Of a stretch of 64,000 bases of DNA, positions 1 through 12,922 are shown one piece after another. The translations under genes and the position numbers were made by a program. Source of the stretch: Amoebidium appalachense (lineage: Eukaryota; Protista; Ichthyosporea); contig CAVNZM010000016.1 in NCBI GenBank assembly GCA_963693365.1, forward strand, positions 1,293,062 through 1,357,061, in the 5' to 3' direction. The notes under the pieces were generated by a model that made no database searches, was not told where the DNA came from, and worked only from the letters and a program-made list of their open reading frames with translations. Each line of letters opens with the position of its first letter. Position 1 is the stretch's first letter.

Positions 1-82
1 TAATGTAGCCTGACATCTTGACATCATGTGAGGTATGCAGCATAACATGCACCTCCATGCAACCCTACTTCTTAAGCGCCTA

Positions 83-159
<77 letters not shown>

Positions 160-242
160 CGTGTGTGTTACAGTATGTGTACGTCGGAATGTGTAGGCGA
201 ATTGGTATGTGAGCATACGTGCATGAAATCGTGTAAACCCCC

Positions 243-281
<39 letters not shown>

Positions 282-389
282 GGGGGAAGGCAGAACAACA
301 AGAACAACAACAAAAAAAAAAAACACCCCGCCTACACCTTACTGACAGAGAGAAAAAAACCCACACTAATCGATCTTCACACCTTCCAG

Positions 390-635
390 ACTGCCTCAGG
401 CCACAAGCGCAAACGGCAAGCACGGGTAACAGACAAGGGCTACCTTGATCAAGAGGGGTTTCACGCAGCCTGGAGAACCCATTTCAAGGGTGTAAGTTTA
501 AGCACCGAGACCACCAACTTCGTCAAATGTGAGTACTGCTGCATTCTCAAGGCCCGCCTCAAGCTGGCCACCACCAATGCTGCAAGGATCCACATCCGTG
601 AACTGCGGGAGGCACACATCAATCTCCAAAGGCTG
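390..635 (+). CDS. Upstream exon of Sola/DUF7869-like transposase (CxxC region); not in the ORF track
   Basis: CTAAT branch point and pyrimidine tract end in CAG at 387-389. The open frame reads TASGHKRKRQ...FHAAWRTHF...NFVKCEYCCILKARL...EAHINLQR, the F-x-K-C-x2-C...H motif that precedes this transposase core. It joins in frame to the 2086/2090 exon via either a GC donor at 632 or a GT donor at 636. Confidence 0.7.
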
Positions 636-685
636 GTGGCCCCCCCTCCCCCCCCCCCCCCCCCCCCCCACCCACCCACCAAACG

Positions 686-1630
<945 letters not shown>

Positions 1631-1786
1631 GCAAGTGACTGTGTGTACGTGTGTGCCTGCGCGTAGGGTATTTGGGTTGGTATTTGGGTTTGTATCTGGC
1701 GACATCACATGTATTTCAAATCACCGCATCGCGCACATCTCTTTGGTAGCAACTTCCTGCAATCAAAGTATGTCACTATATACATA

Positions 1787-1887
1787 CACATATTCGCAAC
1801 TAGAGTGCATGAAACCGCACAGCTTTGTCGTACACACACATATTCGCAATTATTAGAGTGCATGAAACCGCACAGTTGTGTCGTACA
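1787..1887. repeat. ~50-bp tandem duplication
   Basis: CACATATTCGCAA...TAGAGTGCATGAAACCGCACAG...GTCGTACA occurs twice. Confidence 0.85.
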
Positions 1888-1906
1888 GCCATTGAAGATA
1901 AACGAG

Positions 1907-2033
1907 TGACGTCATCCTAGTACCAACTAGGATGACGTCATCCTAGTTGTAACTAGGATATATTGTCCTAGTTGTAACTAGGATCCAGAGTCCTAGTTGT
2001 GATTAGGATCGGGTCTCCTGGTTGACACTAGGA
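1907..2033. repeat. Array of five 18-bp palindromes (TCCTAGTTGTAACTAGGA consensus) with 7-8 bp unique spacers
   Basis: Units at 1915-1932, 1941-1958, 1966-1983, 1991-2008 and 2016-2033. Spacers are TGACGTCA, TATATTG, TCCAGAG and TCGGGTC. Confidence 0.9.
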
Positions 2034-2085
2034 TTATGATCCTCCTAACCATATATATATAGTGATTGACCATGAGATGTCACAG

Positions 2086-3823
2086 AAAGGAGAGAGAGAG
2101 CTATTACCAGCATCGGTCAGCTGCAATTCGGGAGCCACACAAGTACATGAGTGTCATCGTTGACTCAATGGACCAAGCAAAATCCGAAATCCCGAACGTA
2201 CATTGGAACTCCAAAGCCGCGAGCTCGATTCCCAAGAAGGCCGTTCGGATAACCAGTGTCCTCGTTCATGGCCGCACCCTCTACACAATCGTGGATGAGC
2301 ACGGTCGCAAGGGTGCCAATGTCCAAATCGCGGCACTCACGTTGGCAATCGAGCGTGAATTGGAGATACGGGGCTCGTTGCCAGAGACGTTGTACGTGCA
2401 AATGGATAACGCCTCCGAGAATCATTGCAACGCAATGATGCAATTTTTTGAATTACTCGTTTCTAGGGGTGTGTTCACCACTGTGGAGTGTTCGTTCCTT
2501 CTTCCGGGACATACGCACGAGGATATCGATGGCCGCTTTCGGGGATTCAACCATTACCTGACTGAGCAACCGCCGCGGACTGTTCCCGATTTGATGGAGA
2601 CTTTGAAAAAGCGACCAAGATCGAAAGATTTAGCGCCGTATATTCGCCAAAGAGGGAGAGTGGTGGAGCCTCCTGAGGTGCACAATGTACAAGCCATTCC
2701 AGAGTTCACAGAGTGGTTAGCCCCTTGCGCCGATCCCCTGTCGTACTTCGCAAAATGGCGATGCTTCCGATGGATCAAACTGGACACTGGCGTAAAATTT
2801 GAGGTTCGGCGACTTGCCAGCCAAGGCGAGTGGATAGAATGTAGAGGTTCGCGTAAGGCTCTTCTTCACACGCTCCCCAACCAGCCTGCATCGATGTCAA
2901 TCAAGGTGAACCAAGGGTCGTCTATTCAGCCTTTTCCGATTTGGCTACGCGAACAATGGGGCACACTTGGAAGTATGCTTGAGCGATTGGCTAAGGACAA
3001 TGTATTTTTGGACCCTGATGGAGAGCACCTGGAGTGGTGGAAGGAGCAAGCGCAGAGTGCCGGATATGATACAGTGACAGGCGAGTTCACGCAACCTGCG
3101 CCGGCATTCGAAAATGTCATTACGTTTCCCTTTCGGCTGGTTAGCGATTTGACATCCAATCGATCATACCCGCGACCGCCCCCTCCAGGTCTTCCGGCCA
3201 TCCCGGACGAACTTGAAGATCCGAACAACAGAGATGGAGATGACTGCGACATACCGTGCATTGGGGCTGACGGTAGGAGGGAAAGGCGCCAAATCGTAAA
3301 ATTTACAAACCCGGGTGCTCCCAACGAAAATGATTTTGTGTTGGTGCACACTTGGGACGACGCACAGAATACTCCCGGATCAGACTACTTGGGGGAATTT
3401 TGTGTGGCGAAAGTAATTCATATTGAAAATCCAGAGGCCCTACCGGCTGATAGAACTTTTTGGGTGCATTGGTGGTGTCCTGATGGTGTGGCTAGTGATC
3501 TGAGATATGACGCAAAACTGCAACCTATGTTTATTCACAAGGAAGATCCTGCAAGGCAGACTTCCACTACCTTTCCAGTTTTGACTTGCACAGATAAAAG
3601 TTTTCAGGGGTTCTATAGGCCGAATGTACAGAAGGAGCAGTTAAAGGAATATGTTCAATGGATAGACCCTGTGAAATTCGAGAATATGTGTGGGACGATT
3701 TCTACCGGAAGTAGTTTTCTTGGAAAATCGGGTAAGGGTAACAGGTTCAATGTTGTAAAATCTCAATTAATGGCATTGCTCGAATTAAGCAAATCGGAGG
3801 TCAAGCGGGGTTTGGAAAAATAA
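2086..3823 (+). CDS. DDD transposase-like protein (DUF7869/Sola-type), main exon
   Basis: 585-aa ORF with IVDSMDQ, LYVQMDNASENH and FLLPGHTHEDIDGRF motifs (three putative catalytic Asp). The C-terminus is beta-rich (DFVLV...FCVAKV...FWVHWW). No element termini were identified. Confidence 0.8.
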
Positions 3824-5039
3824 TAGTACTGAACAAAAGTAAGAATCTTATCCATGTTTTAGCAAACACTTCTAAATTTTCGTAAAGTCTGATTGGTGTG
3901 AATGACGCATGGCTGTGCCAACCCATAATATTATAGCCTCAGGCATTGCCGGCAACTTATTTTTGACCCAAAATTGCAAAAATAAAACGGCAGAAATCGC
4001 TGCACGTGTCCATTATCTCAAAAGTCCTAAGTACCCTCCTACGGGGGGATGTAGGAGGGAAAGGTGGTAGGTGATCGCAACAGCGCCAGGAGGGTGGGTG
4101 GCCATGGGGTCAGGCCTGGGTTCGTTTCACCCATACTGCCTGTGAGTGGTTGGTTGGTTGAATTCATGTTGAACAAAAAATAAAAATAAGCAAGAAATGA
4201 CCTACAAAACGATGCCAACTTGCGGCTTTGAGGCACAAAAACAAACCTCTTATGTAGGAAAACTCGTGCGAGGTCGCGTTTTTAAGCAGCTGCCCACAAA
4301 ACTTTGACTGAACCTATGTATGGGAAAAACCAGTCCTTTTAAAGTCTCTATGCATGTGGATTCACAAAAACACTAGAAGACCACCTGTTGGTAATTTGGC
4401 GAAAGAAATCCAGTTTTATCAGGACAAATAATAAGGTGGCACTCCTGTAATCAAAGGACAAACTCTAAATATTGTGCATGTATTTCACTAAAGCTCAACC
4501 AAAACACCCTGGCTCTACTACTCTCAGCGATAACTTGGCCCTGATTGACACCACACGGCATGATTCAACACGTCTGTAGTTTTTCTCTATTTCTCTAAAT
4601 GTGTGCTGCGCTGCATACATAGAAAGAAAGTACGAAACTGAACATGTATTCGTAGAACAAGAGTTTTAAGTTTACTCCTGGGCCGGGGAAGTCGCGCTAA
4701 TATTTTCATTAGGGTAACCTTGCCAATGCGCCAATCATATCGCAGCGCGGCGGACGCGCGACCTAATCGCGCGATTGATCACGTGCGCGGCGCCGCCGCC
4801 CGCTCAGCCGCTCAGTAAACGGGGATCGAACTGCGTGACTGAGCTCGAGCGAGCCAAAAAAAAAAATTCCGCGGTTATTCAATGTATGACTATATGAGTG
4901 TTTTATTTTTCAGTTCTTGGCCGATGTGTGCGAGCGTATGTTCATCATCCGTTCCTCGCATTACTAAAAGTGATCAGTCGAATTGGTTGGGTGTTGAAAG
5001 GCCACCAGGTGTGAGTGAGCGCGCGCGCGCGCACGTCAC

Positions 5040-5105
5040 ACACACACACACTCTCTCTCTCTCTCTTTCTCTCTCTCCCTCTCTTCTCTCTCTCTCGCTC
5101 TCTCC

Positions 5106-5139
<34 letters not shown>

Positions 5140-5500
5140 CTCTCTCTCTCTCTCTCTCTCCCCCTCCCTCACTCTCTCTCCCTCTCTCTCCCTCCCTCTC
5201 TCTCTGTCTCTCTCTCACACCTCTCTCCCTCTCTCTCTCCCTCTCACTCTCAGAGTCTCTCTCTCTCTCTCTCGCTCTCGCTCTCGCTCTCGCTCTCCTC
5301 TCTATCTCTCTCTCTCTCCCTCCCTCCCCCCCCCCCCCCCTTTCTCTCTCCCCCCCCCCCCCCCGCCCCCTCCCTCTTCCTCGCTCGCTCTCGCTCTCTC
5401 TCTCTGTCTCGCTCTCCTTCACACACACACTCTCCACCCCCTCTCCCCCCCCCCCCCCCCCCCCATCTCTTCTCTCTTTCTCTCCACTTCTCTCTTTATC
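5040..5500. repeat. (CT)n / poly-C low-complexity tract
   Basis: Directly visible; it generates the spurious SL/ER-rich ORFs. Confidence 0.95.
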
Positions 5501-5913
5501 TCACTCCGAACCCCCCCCCCCCCCCCAACCCCCCCTGTCTCCTCTCCTCTTTCTCACTCTCCCTCTCTGCCCCTTTCTGGTGTGTGTACGAGCGTTTATT
5601 GTGCTGTACATTGGTGCATGTAGGCATCTATGTGTCTCTGCTAGTGGTGGGGTGGGTGTGGGATTGGGTTGGGGGGTTCGGGGGAGGGGGGGAGATATTG
5701 AGCGTGACACTCCCACACCCATATAATAGCGCAACTACCCGTCCATACTGTACATCCCGGGCGGCAGGGTTCACTGACACAAACACAAACCGTACGGGAA
5801 AAGGGAGCACTACCCCCCCCCCCCCCCCCCAAAAAAAAAAAAAAAAAAAAAAAAGAAAGAAAGAAAAGAAAACACAAACACTTGCACGTACGCACACACT
5901 GAAAACCAGGGTG

Positions 5914-6547
5914 TGTATACTCTAATACTATGCCCTAGTTAACATATGCAGGCTCGAAGAAGAAGCACGTAAGTATAGAGACAAGAAAGCGGGTGCTACA
6001 GCTAGTCTGACACCGCATGACTAGTGTAACATTTACTCGGACACACAGCCCCGCCCAAGTGACCCAAGTCTGGAATGTACCAGCCTTTTATAGTCCCTTG
6101 GTTTCCGCTGGTCCGGAGAGCACTGCTTGCATACTTTTGTAAGGCGACAGCCATTAGGCATGTGGCCCTACTTAAAATAAAGTACATGACATATACATGA
6201 GTATATGAGCTTCTCCTGGCCCAGGGTGATCATAGTCTAGATTCAAGTTATACTACAGTGCTACATGTGTATGTCTAGTGCCCAATGAAGTGTCTACGGC
6301 ACACAGTGTGTGCCGTGCACCTAAGACACATGCTGGCAAAGTGTTCACGTTCTTCGCATCGCTCCTAACTGCATACTTAAGGTGCAGAGCAACTGCCCTA
6401 TACGGAATACAGCTAAAAGTGATGCAGCCGATTGGTCGCTGCTTCCGAGGCTCTATTCCAGCCTCTGCCGAGAAGACACAAAAGCACATAGACTGGTTGT
6501 GGGGGAACAGCACGGTGTGCACGTGAATGTACACAACCATGTCTACA
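5914..6547 (-). mobile_element. Probable 3' LTR of the Gypsy chromovirus
   Basis: On the minus strand a purine tract (AGGGAGGGGGGGG) directly precedes TGTAGAC at 6547, just downstream of the integrase stop. The other end is a near-inverted TGTATAC at 5914, and TATAAAAG lies internally (~6090). No partner LTR is in the window. Confidence 0.55.
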
Positions 6548-6616
6548 CCCCCCCCTCCCTAGGGGCAACGAAGGGCAACTGCACCGAGTGCCCACATGCC
6601 CTGCCCTTAAGGGGGA

Positions 6617-9600
6617 TCAACCTTTACGTCTGCGTTTGCGCACATTCTGTTGGGTGCCCTTGCGCTGATTTTTGATTGGCTCCTCACTGGGGGGCCGAAT
6701 CACTTGCTGCAAATAATCAGCTAAGGCACCCGAGGCCGACTCAGACAAGTTTGCATGTGACTCCCACGAATCATCGTTGGCCTTAAACCCCTTCCAGCGA
6801 ACTTTGTAGAGGGCGCGACCAATTTCCCATTTATGGTCAATAATCTTAGCCACTTCCGCGGTCACAGCGTCATCTGCCACACGGGACTCAGGTAGTGGGG
6901 TAGGGGGTCCATCCGTGCGGGGTACATAGGGTTTAAGGAAACGAGCGTGCGAACGCTCCACATCCTGTGTCCCCACCCCCTGAATATCGTAGGTAAGTGG
7001 CGCGACTTTGCGCAAAACCCGGTAGGGCCCCACCCACTTGTCCCGTAGGCTAGCAGCCTCATACAGCTGGTTACCATCACCATCAACCACCTTCTTGTTG
7101 TTAAGGGTGTTGTCGAGCTTGAGCACCAAATCTGCCAAATGGGGAACAGGCCGCGCCCTCTGATTGGCTGATTTGCGGTGCCGATCTTGCTCGGTAACCA
7201 TACGTGCACGAACCACAGAGTGCATACCGATGCTCCTTAGTGGCGCTGCTGTACTCGGGGCCCAGTTTCTCCACAAAGGGGTCACGGGGGTCCCGGCCAT
7301 ACAAAAGGAAGAAAGGACTGTCGCCCAGTGCGGAGTGCATAGCCGTGTAGTAGGCAAACAGCACCTGGGGCAAAAACGTGTCCCACTCCGTTAACTTATT
7401 TGTAGCCACTTGCGCAAAAATACTCTTAAGGGTGCGATTGAACCGTTCAACCAGCCCAAAATGGCATTTGTCTGGGGGGAGTAGGGTGATGCGAGGATCT
7501 GGCGACTAGTTAGGAGGGTTAACACATCCTTAACCAGCTGCGCAGAAATATTCGACCCATTATCCGACAGCACAAACTCGGGTGGTCCGTGTCGCGCGAA
7601 AACATAGTCGTGGAAAGCATTAGCGATATCCTCTGCGGTGCGTGGATGATCGAACAGCACCAACTCAGCCCACCGTGTGAACATGTCTATGAACACAAGG
7701 ATATACTGCTTCCCGCTCTTCGCTGGTGGCAAGACGTTCACATCCATGGCCACATACTGAAAGGGGTACTGCGGTGCGAAACCGCGCTGCACTTCCAAGC
7801 GGCCCTGCAAGCGTGGCGTTTTGCGCCGCTGGCACCTATCGCACGAATTCACATACTGCACGACCTGCCACATCCCCGGCCACCAAAACGAAGACCAAAT
7901 GCGATGGAACGTACGCTGGGCATCAAGATGCCCGGCTGTGGGGGCATCGTGGCAAGCCGCGAGGATCTGTGCCCTTAAAGACTCGGGGACCCAGACCTGT
8001 GGCAGCAGCGTAGGGCGACGAGTCGCACGCTCAGCCTGCTCCGGTGTCCACACATACACCACCCCCTTATAAACCGTGCATCTGCTTGCCTCTAAAGCAA
8101 CACCTCCATCCACATGTGCCGGCGCGGTGGGGTGCTGAGGAAATCACGAATACTGCACAAAAAACGGATCTGCGTTTTGCGCCGCCTTAAGGACAAAGGG
8201 TTCATTTTGAAATTTCACTATGTAATTGATCAAATTTCATATGTAGGATTATCGGCCCCCACTGAGTATCGGGAGTTAGGGAGTATGGGGGATTACGATC
8301 TGCCGTTATGCACATGCATGGTTCAAGGCCGCACTCAATTTGATTGGTGGGGATATAACGGACCAATAGTCTCATATACCATATATGGTATATGAGGAAA
8401 TTTAGTTTTGAACCCTTTGTCCTTAATTTCCTCCACAGTAGGCATACCCGGCAACTGTGGGATAGTAAGCGCGCGTAACTCGCGGGAAGTATTCACCTTC
8501 AACCCACGGGTATGATCACGTGCAGCATCAGAGATGTGCTCAGCCAGAGGGGGGGTGGGGGTGGGGTTGGCAGTGGCATGCGCACCCTCCCCCGGTCCAC
8601 CCTTAACCCCTCAGGCTGACGTGCGCTTGCGCTTCAGAATCTGCGTGCGCGCCGCTGACGCGGGTTTCTAGGTGGGTGCATCAGCACCACCGTCTGCACG
8701 TGCCCGCCCACGCGTCACCACGAGCGCAGGAAACACAACGGTGTCTGGCACAAAATCACTGTGGTCATCTCCGTGCTCACCCAATCAGCGAAGGAAAAGT
8801 CAGATCATCTTCGCTGGGCACCAAATTCGCGTTGGAAGGCCGTGAAATGCCGTCTGCATTGCTGTGGTCCTTCCCGGCACGGTGGTGGATGTCATACTAG
8901 GTGTATGCAGACAGTGCCCCTGCCATCCAGCAACAATGGGCTCGGGGGCATCACCATTACCATATATGGAAGTCAGCGAAGAATGGTCTGTGCGCAAAAT
9001 AAATGGCTTCACGTAGGTATACTGATGAAAGGCTTTGCACACAGCCCAATAGATGCCCAAACCCTCTCTCTTGGTGGCGGAATAATTGCGCTCGCTCTTA
9101 CTGAGCGTGCGGGAGGCATAAGCAACAGGGTGCTCCTGCCCGTCATCTCCCACCTGCGACAGCACCGCACCAAGCGCCACGTTGCTAGCATCGGAGTCCA
9201 CAATGACAGGCTTGTCGAAGTTTGGATGAGCCAACACGGGGGCATGTGTGAGAGCATGCTTTAGAGCATCAAATGCACGTTGCTGCTCCTCACCCCACAC
9301 AAAATAGGCATTTTTGCGTGTATTCGCACGTGTGCGCGAATTTTTCGCAGGAATATTCGCAGGAATATTCTCGCCCGGTGTGCTCACCACAACCTCTGAT
9401 TCGGCTTGCCCACTAGTAACCTCTGTGCTTTCATCTGCAGCAGCAGTACGGGCTAGCCTAGCCTTCTCCTTGGCCGTGCCATTCCGCTTCCGTCGCGCAC
9501 TAGATGTGGGGGGCTCATTCCCGTGAATCTTTTTGCACAACTGCTTATCCTGTGGGCTATCACCTAACATGCGCGTTAGCGGCTCGGCCAGGTCACTCAT

Positions 9601-9640
9601 ATTCGGAACAAACCTTCTGTAACACGAAAACAGACCCATT
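6617..9640 (-). pseudogene. Decayed Ty3/Gypsy pol (RT thumb, RNase H, integrase, chromodomain); chromovirus, 5'-truncated
   Basis: Motifs: YRRFVPN..LAEPLT, FVWGEEQQRAFDALK, DASNVALGAVLSQ, YASRTL..SERNYS; HDAPTAGH..CDRC zinc finger; SDNG and PYSPQTN core; GPY motif; chromodomain (KIIDHK..YKVRWKGF..DSWE). Several frameshifts and stops. Confidence 0.92.
8191..8422. mobile_element. Non-autonomous TIR element (MITE), Kolobok-like (TTAA TSD, GG...CC termini)
   Basis: TTAA|GGACAAAGGGTTCA...TGAACCCTTTGTCC|TTAA. Removing it plus one TTAA restores the Gypsy frame VEEIKAAQNADPFL. Confidence 0.88.
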
Positions 9641-9979
9641 TGGACAAAATATTTAGATATTGACGCAAACAACAATACGTGTGCGCGGGCCAAATAGCTC
9701 GATGTGTACACAGATCTAAGATATCTGTGCACACGGAAACGGAAAGGAAAGAAAGAAAGGAAGAAAGGAAAAGGGAAAAGGAAACAAACTACAACAAACT
9801 AATAAACATATATAAAAACTCAACTTCTAAGTCTTGCCGTTAACCATGGGAAGATGACAGGGCCAGGGGGGAGGGGGGGGGGGAGAGGGGGGGGGCCACC
9901 AGGTGTGGTCCTCCTCAATATAATGTGGTATAACCAACCGAAGTTAATAAAGTGACCATACGGAACACGTATGGATGTC

Positions 9980-11453
9980 GACATGTGCAATACATTGGCA
10001 ATACATTGACAATGATCGTGGGGCTGTGCTTACCGTACCGTGTGTTTTTTTTTGTTTTTTTTTTTTATTTTATCCCGTTTCACTCCCGGCGAGGCACTGC
10101 CTCAGGGGAGCTTACCGTCTTGAAGTTCCGCCTAGACAGAGACTCATAAGTCAGGATTCTAATTGACCCCAACTGGCACTATTTTTAGTTACGCCTTATC
10201 CCACGGTTCTAGCCGCAGCAACGCTAGTGGGGAAGTGAGCACAGCTCACTTTAACAACACCAGCCGGGAGCGACCCGGGACACATACACAAACATAAAGA
10301 CTTGAAAGGGGAAGACCCCATGCCCAGGACGCTGACCCGAACCGTGGCCGGTGACTTGGATTGGTCTCCCACTTGAAAGTTGGGCTGGGATGCCCAAGCG
10401 GCGCGCCGTCGACGTCAGAGGGCCGGTGCTGTTCATGACGTCATGTCTTGCGGCCGGATGATAACAAATTGGTGGTGCTGCTTGACGTGGTCTGGGGTGA
10501 TGGCTTACTTTCTTTGTAGGGGGCGGCCAGACCGGTGGACCGTCGAGGCAGAAAAATCGGAAGTAACCAGGATCGATCCTGCGACTTTGAGCTTGACACG
10601 CAGAGATCTTACCATTGCACCAACCCGCCCCCCTGCCGTACCGTGTGCATATTGCCAATATATTGAGCATGTGATTGAGGTATCAATAAAGTTATTATCA
10701 ATACATTGGCAATGTTCGTCATATGTATTATTCTTAGATATAAGACGTTACTCCGATATGCCTTTCATATTATAAGCGCACTTATACTGTACTTTGCATG
10801 CATTGAATTTCGTTCCCATTATCAATTTATTGGCAATGTATTTGGATAACATAGTGTGATATTTATAATATATATGTAACTTGAATGCATTATCAACACT
10901 TATATCCTTATGGTGGTGGTATCCAGTATGTTGGCAATATATGCTTGATATGGAACATACTTACATATTCCTTATTTGTAATGTGTTGGGAGTGTATTAA
11001 TCATACCTCTCTTTATGTCATCAATATACTCACGATATATATGCAACCTATCGGCGATACCGCATTTATATATTGAGCATAGTTGGATCATATGTTGGCA
11101 ATACATTGTTTATATGCTTCTTGGTATTTAAATCTTTGTATTTCTATGAATAACATATTGGCAATACATTAATAATGCGTTCATAGTGCAACTACAATGC
11201 GAAAATACAGTATTATCCATATCATTATCTGTATTTTTGATATTATTTGGTTGTTATTGTAATATCGCCCGGGTATAATTGATATGGGCAATACGTCTAT
11301 AATGCTAGCGCAATGGTAATGCAATGGTAATGTAAGGCACTCTAATGTATTGGCGATATTGATGTAACATATACTGGATAATATATTCATATCGGCGGGA
11401 TATCGACAATAGAGAGTATTGGTACTGTATTACCATTGACAATACCAAATGCC
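9980..11453. repeat. Degenerate ATTGGCAAT/CAATACATTG-rich repeat region, continuing at 14824-14905
   Basis: Variants of the motif recur at ~9988, 10650, 10700, 10830, 10930, 11095, 11157, 11350, 11435 and again right after the element ending at 14823. It hosts the SINE and the split-repeat element. Confidence 0.65.
10045..10635 (-). mobile_element. tRNA-derived SINE with poly(A) tail and 12-bp TSD
   Basis: The minus-strand head has an A box (TGGTGCAATGG) and a B-box-like GGATCGATCC. The A-rich tail appears as a T run at 10045-10070. TSD CCGTACCGTGTG at 10033-10044 and 10636-10647. Confidence 0.88.
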
Positions 11454-12890
11454 ATGTTTGTTTGTAAATGATATTTCTCTGAGGAGAGAGGTGAGCCCCG
11501 TATATTTAGGATATGTATGCACGTGGCAGAAGTTCCGATAAGCCTGTAGCTGCCAATCCGAATCTGTACATATTGCCTTTCGGGATTCCAGTGTACTCGA
11601 TTGGTCTGTCTTATAGCTGGAATGTATCATTGCATGCCTCAGGCTTACAGTGCAGTCGGGGAGACAAAAAGGGCCGACACTGCTCATTCTAGCCCTCTTT
11701 CTGTCTCGCTCCTTAGCGTGCATAGATATCTTTGGTCAACACAGCCTCCTGTCAGGCTTGTGTAGGGACGTGTGTGTTTAGACTTATCAAGTTTTCTTGT
11801 TGTTTTTTCTTTTCACCATGCCCCCACGGCCCAAAGATAGGGAGCATGTGGCGCCCTCCTCTGGTGGCTCCCCTGCCACCCCCCTGCCGTCCTGGAGGCC
11901 TGCACTACGCTGCTGACCCAACTCAACGCCCTCCCCCCATCTTCGTCTGAGCGCAGCCTGCAAGCCGTCACCCTTCTCCAGGCTGCCTCTGTCCCTTGGA
12001 ACAGTCTTCCCCCCGAATGTCGGCTCGCCCAAGTCATCGAAGCACTTGACACCTGCCAAATGCCCCTGGACGACCCTGGCTTAGTAGAGGGTCTCACCAA
12101 CGTTGACCTTCTCTATGCCCTGTCCCGCCCGCCTCCCCAGCTGCGCCCTACTGCTCCCACCCCGGCCACTACTGCCACCATCCCCTCTGCCCACACGGTC
12201 GACTCTCTCGCTGGGTCGCCCACCTGCAGGCCCAGCTCGTTGCTCACCAGGCTCCCCCTTCCCGCTCCTCCCGGGCAGCCCCTGGGGGGCTGCTCAGTGC
12301 CCTTGCTGCCCGTGTCCATGGCGACCCCCCAACAGCGGCCTTCCACTCTGAAAGCAGTGAGGAGGATGATGCTCTGCCCACGGCCCTGGCCCCTCGTCTC
12401 GCTCCCTTTGCCCCGCACCGTCAGAGCAAGCATCCCAATCGCTATCGGCTGGCTAATGGTGCCACGGCCGGGTCTACCTTCGCATTGATTCCCGTGAAGC
12501 CGGCCCGTACCTCATGAACCTTCTAAATGCTCACTCGTCTGTCACCGCCGCCGCCGCCTCCATGACCTGGCACAAGACCCGTAATCGCCGGGAGGCTGAG
12601 ACCCTTGCGCGTAGCCTTGATCTTCTCCTTTTGGAGCTGGGGGACACTGCCCGCTCCACCTCCCCTACCATCGAAGTCCATGTGCACCGTTTGATGGCTG
12701 TTGCTATTGCCGATCAGTCCAACACATGGGCTATCGCCGAACAAATTGAAGAGGTCCCTCCGGCCAGCCTGCCTGTCCCTGCCAAGCTGGCCGCTACCGC
12801 CGTCAAACGGGCCAAGGCCCTTGCCAGTGCTACCGGCAGCACCCCCCACCCCCCAAGTAGTGTCCTGGGCCCTCTCCTTCGTCACTTTGT

Positions 12891-12922
<32 letters not shown>

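Noticed and set aside
9-204. Possible micro-exons of the transposase (9-32, PDILTSCE; 174-204)
   Set aside because: The AG/GT borders look plausible, but the second is phase-incompatible with the 390 exon and there is no motif support.
1907-2033. CRISPR array
   Set aside because: Spacers are only 7-8 nt, there are no cas genes, and the context is a eukaryotic intron; kept as a palindromic repeat array.
8187-8426. piggyBac MITE
   Set aside because: The TTAA TSD fits, but the termini are GG...CC rather than CC...GG, which favours Kolobok.
10555-10633. Functional tRNA gene (also 50802-50869)
   Set aside because: The stems pair poorly and the T loop is abnormal; it is the head of a TSD-flanked, A-tailed element.
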